Assembly (NCBI GenBank): GCA_051294375.1
Contig: CM119268.1
Coordinates: 12,188,356 to 12,252,355 of the forward strand
DNA: 64,000 nucleotides
From: Paraspadella gotoi
Taxonomy: Eukaryota; Animalia; Chaetognatha
Direction: 5' to 3'
A model generated the notes under the pieces. It saw only the letters and a program-made list of their open reading frames with translations, made no database searches and was not told the DNA's origin. Positions 54,811 to 64,000 of this stretch are shown in pieces (position 1 is the first letter of the stretch; each line of letters starts with the position of its first letter). Made by a program: the position numbers and the translations under genes.

Positions 54811-54894
54811 GAAATGCGGTCATGAGAACCGGATTGAAATTATAAAGCGCGAAAGAGTGAAGCAGAGAACGGGCGGTGGGGATTAACTGCGGGT

Positions 54895-55030
54895 AAGTCG
54901 GAAGGAGGGAGATCTCATCTCTGATTGGTCACTTTGGCGAAAGCGGAAGGGGCGGGATCATCGGCAATGGGCGGGCCCGGGGGAACAGGCGGGGGGAGGT
55001 TGAAGGCGGAGTGCCCCCGGGGGGGGAGAA
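54895..55030. promoter_or_regulatory. GC-rich promoter-like cluster (CCAAT box, ETS-like CGGAAG, GC boxes)
   Basis: ctgattgg, two cggaag, ggggcggg and gggcggg occur within about 100 bp in an otherwise AT-rich region. Confidence 0.3.
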
Positions 55031-55477
55031 GAGCCGATAAAAAGAATTTATCGGTTCAATGGAGGACATTAGCGAGCCAGTAGGGGTGACAGTGACGACG
55101 ACAACAGTGACTATGATGGCGACGACGATGGCGACGACGACGCCGATGACGACTGCGAGGAAAGCCTAAAAGTACAACGATATTGATGACGATCAAAAAC
55201 GTCAACGACAACGACAACGACAACGACATGGCCATTGGCCATTGGCCATTGGCCAACAGCCCAATTCTGAAGGAAATAAATGATCACAGTTTTGTCGCTT
55301 GTAGAATAAAGCACTTCGATGGAGAGAGAGANNNNNNNNNNNNNNNNNNNNNNNNNGAGAAAAAGAGGAGAGAGCGAAGAGAAGAAGAACAGAGAGAGAG
55401 GGAGAGAGAGGAGAGAGAAGAGGAGAGACGAGATCGAGAGATGAAGAGAACGAGAGAGAGAGAGAGAGGAAAGATGT

Positions 55478-58400
55478 CAAACTCGGAGACGTCGCGCGTC
55501 ATCAAATTCAGCCGCAAGCCTACTGGCGAGAGAAGCTCCAGTGACGACCCGAACGTCATAAAAAAAAAAGAGCGCAGAGGCAAATGGCCTCTCCTCGCCT
55601 CGCTCCCCTCCGATGATAAAACTATTAGCTGGTGATAAATGCACTGCAATGTGCCAATGCAACGGCGATAGGCAAGTCGCTGGCGGATGGATCAATCGCT
55701 GGCCAAAGTGGATGAAGATTTAATGATGGGAAAAAAGATTATGAATCGGTGATAGAGCGGGAAAGCGGATATTAATGCATGAAAGGATAAACTTTTTTTT
55801 TAAAAGGAAAAGGGCTTGAAATCTCAGGCTGTTTTCGTTAAAAGGTTTCGTGACAAATTTTCGATTTACACCAATTGAATCCTCATTTTGTACCGTTCCA
55901 TTAATTCATCAATTTGTCTATTTTGGAAAGAAAAAAAAAAAAAATCGGCAATTAGGCAACCAGCCGGTCATTTTTTAACGTTGCGCCCGACGGGCAGAAG
56001 GCACCGCGGGCTGATTCCACTTTTCGAAACTTTGTGCGCTGAGCCGATGGGCCCACTGGTCCAGCTTACACTGACCAGTGCCAGTACCCAACCCTTAAGT
56101 GCAAATTAAGGTTTAAATCCCACGCCCATATTTAGTTGTGATTTCGTAAATCTTGATAATCTCTCCTCACCGCTTCAAGTAGACGTTTTGTCTTAGAAAG
56201 GAAATAAGACCTCGGAGCCTATAATTGTACCATTATGGTTTTATGAAGCAGGCCCACAATGTTGCCTCTCCGGACGCGCCTACGTGCTCGCAACCGCAAA
56301 AAATACCAAAAATGGGGAAAAAAAACGTTTGACGACCTCATCGACAAGGATGATAACTCGACGTGAAAATTGCGGAATATTTTGATTGAATACAACAAAA
56401 AAATTACCATGCACTTACTTTGACTCATATTCCAACCACCTGGCCTTATATAAAATGAACATTGGCGACAACAGTTTAATCAGACTGAAAGACACCGGTA
56501 CACCCTTAAGCAATAATCATTTCTGCCAACTTCAACTCGTCTTCACAGGAAGTCCTGTCTTCCAAAAATCCAGGCGCACATTGCGCCGACCGCTCCAACC
56601 ATCTTCACGCTTCCCCCCTCTTTTCTCTTCTCCCGTCGTCTCCGTCGTCGTCGACCGGAAAAAAGTATCATTTTTCGAAAAGGAGAAAGACAATCGCGGA
56701 AGGTAAATAAATGGAAGGAATCGTTCGTCGTCGTCCGTCGTCGTCCTGTCGGCAACCTTGTCATTCGGCGTTAATAGTCGTCGCCCGACTAAAAGAAAAA
56801 AAAATAAAAGCATGGGAGGGGAGAAGGAGCGCAGATGCGTTTGCTTGTTGTGTTGTGTCGTTATTTCGTTTGTTTTTCCCGAAATGCCCGTCGCCGTCGC
56901 TTTAAAAATTAATTCGAATATTAACTGAAGGTGGTTTTTTTCAATCAAATGAAGATGTTTTGGTTTGTTTTGTTGTTTATTGTTTTGTTTTTTGTTTTTT
57001 TTCGAGTTGCACGTTCCATCTCTCTCGAATGCTCGCTGATCTTTCCCCTTTGGAAAACCATTTTCCGCTCAACCTCTTCTCTTCTTTTCCCCCCCCCATT
57101 TCCATTTTCTTTTTTCTCGTTTTCCCCCTTCAAGAATTTTCTCTTCCGCTCGGGCAATCTCGCCCCCCCTCGCCCCGCGTCCTTACTTTAAGACAGATCA
57201 CGACGACGTCGGCCCCAGTCACGTGGACTTCAACTCCGCCCCCCCCCCCCCACGAATTGTTTTGTTTGTTCTTGTTTCTCACGCCGAGAGATTGTTGTTT
57301 TCCATCCCGAGGCGTCAACGGTTCTCGAGGTCAATATCGCGTACCGAGCGTTGTGCCGTCGGTCATACGCACGAGAGGAGAGGGAGAGAGAGAAGACAGA
57401 GAGGTTCCAAACCCCCGAAAGCCTGTGGCACGCGACTTCATTCTCCACGATTCAAGCGACCCAAGTGACCACACAGGGGAGGCATTTTGGACGACCTGGT
57501 GAACGGGTTTTCTCTTTCCACTTAGTCCGGCAGTACTAGTGTTCGTCGAGTGCAAGAGGCGATGCTGAAATCTCAAGCGAAGTGACTACCGCCTTATGGA
57601 GTGAGCAGAATGTGACGGTAATGTATAACTAATGTTTTTGGAACGGAAGTAAATCTAATTAACTCTGGTTGAATTTTTACATTTTATCGTGTGATCTTTT
57701 AACAATTTTAATACAATTCTTTCTCCCACCCCTGACCTTTTGACGACAGGGAAGAAACGGGGAGGAGCAGAGACTCAATGAAAATTTCCAATAACTAGAT
57801 ACTTTCTACAGGGGTGTCGAGCGATACAACAAGTTGGAACGAAGCGGAACCGACGCTTACTGAGGGTGTTGGTAACCCTAACAATAACTGCCATACGATG
57901 GTCCATGCATTCATTCATTCGGTGCAGATCATGAGTACAAGATTAAAAAATCCGTCGTTTCGGAAAACAAGAGCAACTCAAAGCTGATTACATGGTTGCC
58001 GACGCTGTATACGCAATTGGAGAGACGTTCGGCGTAGAAAACCCAAACTGACAAAGGATTCGCCCAGCATGGAGGCACAAGGGCAGGCTTTATAGACGAC
58101 TGGAGTAAGAAAAAAAAAAAAGGGTATACTAAAGAGAGATTTCGTCTGTAACCTCTACATATTTAACACCAATATGGTTAAACTAAGTGGTCGTTGGCCT
58201 AGTACTCTAGATTGTTAAAAAACTCGGAAATTTGCTCCATTTAGTTACTTGACTTTCTTGTTTGGTCTTTGCTAAAAAAACGTATAAAACCCTGTGCCTC
58301 CTCATGGCCGCATCCGCCCAACTTCTTTTCTCGGACACAATCAGAAAACACAAGAATCGAAGGCTGGCAGGCAGATCGAACCTCGTCTCCTGCTTCGACC

Positions 58401-59996
58401 CCTGACCAGCCTATTTGTTCCGGAGCGGTGGGCTGGACTGACGGAGGGGTCCAATCGCGCGGCACCGTATCGACATATAAAAGGCCCTTACGGGCACAGG
58501 CCGATAGAAATCTCGATACAACGGCCCGAGGCGCTTCTACGGCGGCAGGTCTTTCATACTTTATACCGAGCGAGTCGTGGGATATAACCATTTCTGATTT
58601 GTCGCGCCGGTTCGGGGAAACGTGAGTCGGGCGGGAGACGCGCGGCCGCATCTTTCCTCGAATAGCGAGACAGAGCGTCCCATCAACTCTTCAGCAACTG
58701 GTGGGCTTTAACGGCCGGTGGTCAACGTCCTCTTGGCTTTCTCCGGTTGCGTCCCGATCGAGTACGTCATATATTCTCATTTTACCTTTCCGGCGGCGGG
58801 CGGGCGGGCTGCTCTGTGGTGTGCGCTCACTCGCTCGACAGCCTCAGACCTGCTATTATATGCTGAGAGATCGAGACTTTTTATCCCTTCTTTGCGCTCT
58901 CTCTCTCTGATCTTGCTCCGCTTGGTTCGCCTAGCTCACACGGTCTTTTTTCTTCTGTTACCCCGCTTTCTTTCTCGCTCTCTTCTTCTTGTCTTCTATT
59001 ACTCATATATATCGACCCGCGTTTTATTATAGCTAAGCGGGGAGACTCGGACCGATAACTTCGCGTGATTAAATTACGGATAGATAAATTTTGTCTGATG
59101 TGTTTCGTCTCACGATTCTTGACCGATACGAATCCGGTCAAGTGGCACTCCGACGAGCCTACGATCCGTTTGGACAGTAATTGGGTATATAGTCTAAAGC
59201 GAGAGTGAGATTAATCGAATACTATTACAACTGACATATATTCACTACGAGACAAGTTGCTTATAGTGTCTGCTCATTCATATTCTGTTCAATTTCCTAT
59301 AAGTCAAAATATTCTATCTGTCATTGTTATACTGTCTCGTTACACTTGCAGTTACCTCTCATGTATAGAGTCTTTCGTTGCTGTTTTGAGAGTTTCTCTT
59401 CAAAAAAACGATCCCTGATGTTTCTCCACACACACGGAGAATAGACATTTACTAACAGGCTCCTTCCACTCCTCTATTATTTGTTCTCCAGGAAAAGTTG
59501 CCCCAAGTGGTTTCTCTGTACCGGAATTCGCCCCGAGAAGACCGGAAGGTTCTTTGCCTCTTTTTCTTTTTTTGAAAAGACACAGCGCCCGTACTTTTTT
59601 TTTCATTGTTGATGGCACCTGCTCACTCGAATGTTCTCGACCAATAACCTATGCAGATCGTCGCTAGTCAACAGGCTCCTGATTAAAAAACCTGTCCTCT
59701 TTTTTGAGCGCTTTATTTGAAATTAAATAGTTGTAATCGCGTGATTTATAGACGCTGTCTCGTACAGGTTTTGTTGTGCGGATCGTCTTCTCGAAAACGC
59801 TACTCCATAATTTATAGCAGATTAGTATTTAGCTAAGGATTTATTTAAATGGCGACGTGTTGATTTAGAAGAAAAACTGAAATATGATAGGCCACCGCAA
59901 TCGTTACGAGATTTGTTATAGTGGCCTCGGCCCCATGGTTCAACTAACTTATATATAATCTAACTTATAACATAAGGACTGGGCGCGGTCATACCG

Positions 59997-60048
<52 letters not shown>

Positions 60049-61479
60049 TCCTCTCTCCTCTCTCTCTCTCTCCTCTCTCTTCGCTCTTATAACATTTTAT
60101 TACCACACCCAGATGAATAGGATCAAATAATTGCTAATATGCACAAATGCTTACTCTGTTCCTTCTCTCTTTTCCCATGTCAGACACCTCCTCATCGTAT
60201 TCCTCCCATACTCTACAATTTCTATCTCCGATCTTCTCTCTTTAGAGAGAGAGAAAGAGTCCAAACTCGGAGACGTCGGGTCATCAAATTCAGCCGCAAG
60301 CCTCTGGCGAGAGAAGCTCAGGTGACGACCAACGTCAATAAAAAAAAAAGAGCGCAGAGGCAAATGGCCTCTCCTCGCCTCGGCTCCCCTCCGATGATAA
60401 AACTATGAGCTGGTGATAAATCACTGGCAATGTGCCAATGCAACGGCGGATGGCAAGTCGCTGGGCGGATGATCAATCGCTGGCAAAGTGGATGAAGATT
60501 TAATGAGGGTAAAAAAGATTATGAATCGGTGATAGAGCGGGAAAGCGATATTAATGATGAAAGGATAAACTTTTTTTTAAAGAAAAAGGGCTTGTAAATC
60601 TCAGGCTGTTTTCGTTAAAAGGTTTCGTGACAAATTTTCGATTTACACAATTAATCCTCATTTTACGTTTCCATTAATTCATACAATTTGTTATGTTTGG
60701 AAAGAAAAAAAATGGAGGCAACCAGCGGTCATTTTTTAACGTTGCGCCGAGGGCAAAGAAGCCACCGCGGGCTGATTCACTTTCGAAACGTTTGTGCGTC
60801 TGAGCGATGGGCCACTGGTCCAGTTACACTGACCAGTGACCAGTGACCACCCTAATGCAAATTAAGGTTAAATCGCCACGCCCATATTTATGTTGTGATT
60901 TCTTAAATCTTGATAATCTCTCCTCACGCTTCAGTAGACGTTTGTCTTTAGAAAGAAATAAGACTCGAGCTAATAATTGTACCATTATGGTTTATGAAGG
61001 CAGGGCCCACAATGTTGGCTCTCCGGACCGCCTACGTGCTCGCAACCGCAAAAATACCAAAATGGGGAAAAAACGTTGACGACTCATCGACAAGGATAAC
61101 CGAGTGAAATTGTCGGAATATTTTGATTGAATGACAACAAAAAAAACTTACCATGACTTACTTTGACTCATATTCAACCACCTGGCCTTTATAAAAATGA
61201 CATTGGCGACAACAGTTTGAATCGACTGAAGACACCGGTCACCACTTAAGCAATAATTCATTTCTCAAACTTCAACTCGTCTTCACAGGAAGTCCTGTCT
61301 TCATAAAATCCAGCGCAATTGCTCGACCGCTTCACCATCTTCAACCTCCCCCTCCTCTTTTCTCTTCTCCGTCGTCTTCGTCGTCGTCGACGGAAAAAGT
61401 ATCATTTTCTCGGAAATGGAGAAGAAATCGCGGAAGGTAATAAATGGAAGGAATCGTCGTCGTCGTCGTCGTCGTCGTC
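55478..61479 (+). repeat. ~1.25-kb direct duplication (55478-56745 and 60260-61479), with indel differences between copies
   Basis: Both copies start aaactcggagacgtc...tcatcaaattcagccgcaagcc and end aaatggaaggaatcgt-(cgt)n. The copies lie next to N-gaps. Confidence 0.85.
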
Positions 61480-62848
61480 NNNNNNNNNNNNNNNNNNNNN
61501 NNNNNNNNNNNNNNNNNNNNNNNNNNNNNNNNNNNNNNNNNNNNNNNNNNNNNNNNNNNNNNNNNNNNNNNNNNNNNNNNNNNNNNNNNNNNNNNNNNNN
61601 NNNNNNNNNNNNNNNNNNNNNNNNNNNNNNNNNNNNNNNNNNNNNNNNNNNNNNNNNNNNNNNNNNNNNNNNNNNNNNNNNNNNNNNNNNNNNNNNNNNN
61701 NNNNNNNNNNNNNNNNNNNNNNNNNNNNNNNNNNNNNNNNNNNNNNNNNNNNNNNNNNNNNNNNNNNNNNNNNNNNNNNNNNNNNNNNNNNNNNNNNNNN
61801 NNNNNNNNNNNNNNNNNNNNNNNNNNNNNNNNNNNNNNNNNNNNNNNNNNNNNNNNNNNNNNNNNNNNNNNNNNNNNNNNNNNNNNNNNNNNNNNNNNNN
61901 NNNNNNNNNNNNNNNNNNNNNNNNNNNNNNNNNNNNNNNNNNNNNNNNNNNNNNNNNNNNNNNNNNNNNNNNNNNNNNNNNNNNNNNNNNNNNNNNNNNN
62001 NNNNNNNNNNNNNNNNNNNNNNNNNNNNNNNNNNNNNNNNNNNNNNNNNNNNNNNNNNNNNNNNNNNNNNNNNNNNNNNNNNNNNNNNNTAGCATTACGA
62101 TACGATGCTAACATTTCCTGGCATTTCATCATGTATTGATTAAAACGATAACATATACAATTGAACTTGGCCCAAAAAAAAGGCAGAAAGAGAAGAGAGA
62201 TAAGAAAAAAAAAAAGAACAAAAGATTCCTGACGATAACCGAAAGCGTCGCTCTTTTGTCTTTTGGCGGCGACGCAGCTCGAAAAAAAAAAGGACTCTCG
62301 CCGCCCTCTGTCGAGCGGTGGGGAAAAAATGACAAGGAAACAAAAGGCTGAGGAATTTTCATAAATACGGCGGAAAAAAAGTTTGCGCGGTTCGGAAAAA
62401 GGGAAGGCTTAATTAAAAAGTCGGCGGCGAGTTGCGTCAAATTATGCGTCAAGAGTTGGATTTTTTGTTTCCATTTTTTAGAACGTTTTTTTTTTTTCTC
62501 GTTTCTTTTGTTCAAAAGCTCGAGAGACTCGATAACTTTCGTATTTACAAAATGTGGTTTAACTAAAGAAATGTACGAACATTTGACTGTCGGAGATTAC
62601 TGTCATCGAGGTCTCTCGAAATCGTCAAAATCTTTGGATTATACCAGAAACGTAATTTTCTAAAAAAGAGAGAAAGAAAAAATTAAGGAAATCCAGAAAA
62701 GGTTTTTAAAAAGAGAAGGTTTTGCGTTTTCTTTGAAAAGACAGGCGAACCTCATCCAAATCAGATTCCAGGTGTACTTAGCCCGAACGTTACGAGGATT
62801 GAAGTGGCTCGGCCCCCGTTTATCTCTTAAGCGGGGTCGGTTCGATAC

Positions 62849-62969
<121 letters not shown>

Positions 62970-63501
62970 CACCCATCTTTTATCATTAATTTTTTCAAGC
63001 CCTTACTCTTTCCTTCTCTCTTTTCCAGCACTCCTCACTCCTCACTCCTCACTCCTCACTCCTCACTCCTCACTCCTCATTCCTCACCCCTCATCCTTTT
63101 TCATCCCTTCCCACTTTCCATTCACCCTTTTATTTGCTCTCACTTTCTCCCTTTTCACCCACCAATCTTTTCTCATTTTTCCTTCCTTCCTCTGACTCCC
63201 TCTTTTTTTCCCTCATTTCATTTCCCATTCTGCTTCCCTTCCTCCTTCAATCCTTTTTTCCCTTTCTTTATTCCATGTGCTCCCTTTTCTTTCTCCTCCT
63301 CTCCTCCCACTCGGCCACTTTGTCTCCATCTGGCGGACGATAAAAGCGACAAACGCGTCGGCGTCTCACATCCTTGACCCTCGTCTCGGTTTCCGCTTCC
63401 GAATTTTTTTTTTTTCCGCCGCCGTTCCCGACAAAATAGCGATCGGCGCAAAGGAACCAAAAATAATGGCTTTTGTCTAGGGATTGCCTTCCCCCCGCCT
63501 T

Positions 63502-63536
<35 letters not shown>

Positions 63537-64000
63537 TGGTAATTTTCGGGCTCTCCTCTCTGTCAAAGGGCCGCTTCGTCTCGATGGATTTGGTTATTTT
63601 ACAACGACGGAGCACTCCTGGAGGTCGTAGTTAAAATGTCGCCGTCGATTGGGTTGTCTTCCGCTGCCCTTAAGACTAATGCCGATTTTCTGATCTCTTA
63701 CGATCTTACTGATAAAGTTAGATGACTTTGCGGGTTTTAAATAAGTTGTTTTGCATACGTTGTTAATTTATTATTTTTGTTTCAAGACAAACAGCGTTGG
63801 CCAAAAAATTGTTCGTGAACGGATTCATCAATTAGCATAAAATCGCTACAACCGAATACAAATGTTACATTTATTTAATATACAAGCAAAATTGCACTTA
63901 AGGTGGGTAAAGGCCTCCGTCCCTCTTTCAAGATAATAACATAGCAAGACAGCGCAAGCTTTCAATCAAGACCTACAAATTAAATGATATAATGTTTTTT

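Noticed and set aside
57400-60000. GC-richer stretch with several short ORFs
   Set aside because: No recognisable domain, and it appears to be low-accuracy sequence (as does 45800-47370), so no call can be supported.
55478-61479. 1.25-kb direct repeats read as LTRs of a retrotransposon
   Set aside because: There are no TG...CA ends, PBS or gag-pol between them. Differences are indel-type and the copies lie next to gaps, pointing to assembly duplication.
62229-62255. CTGACGA...GAAAGCGTC as a second hammerhead
   Set aside because: No stem II or stem I pairing.

Overview
This is a eukaryotic, almost certainly invertebrate-animal, genomic window with GC-rich exons, AT-rich spliceosomal introns and abundant (GA)n and (GAC)n microsatellites. 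The assembly has about ten N-gaps and several indel-rich, long-read-like stretches. Four spliced protein-coding genes are readable. (1) The 3' half of an ABCC/MRP transporter (+, stop at 4107). (2) A peritrophin/mucin-like gene with two CBM14 chitin-binding domains flanking a Ser/Thr linker (-, ~15362 to ~4960); an ~8.5 kb fold-back duplication occupies its largest intron. (3) PCMTD1 (+, 18508-31165), with some exons assembled twice and a greatly expanded spacer splitting its SOCS box. (4) An RBMS/alan shepard RRM gene (-, stop at 36612), whose RRM1 is not visible. Repeats include tRNA-headed and related SINEs, two HINE/DINE-1-like families (one carrying 18-bp tandem arrays), CRE-like and L2/CR1-like LINE 3' fragments, a possible solo LTR and minisatellites. 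The best non-obvious signals are a minimal type I hammerhead ribozyme in an inverted repeat in an RBMS intron (~38960-39006) and the PCMTD1 SOCS-box expansion carrying DSG motifs. Most ORF-track entries are microsatellite artefacts. The large duplications are more likely assembly artefacts than biology.
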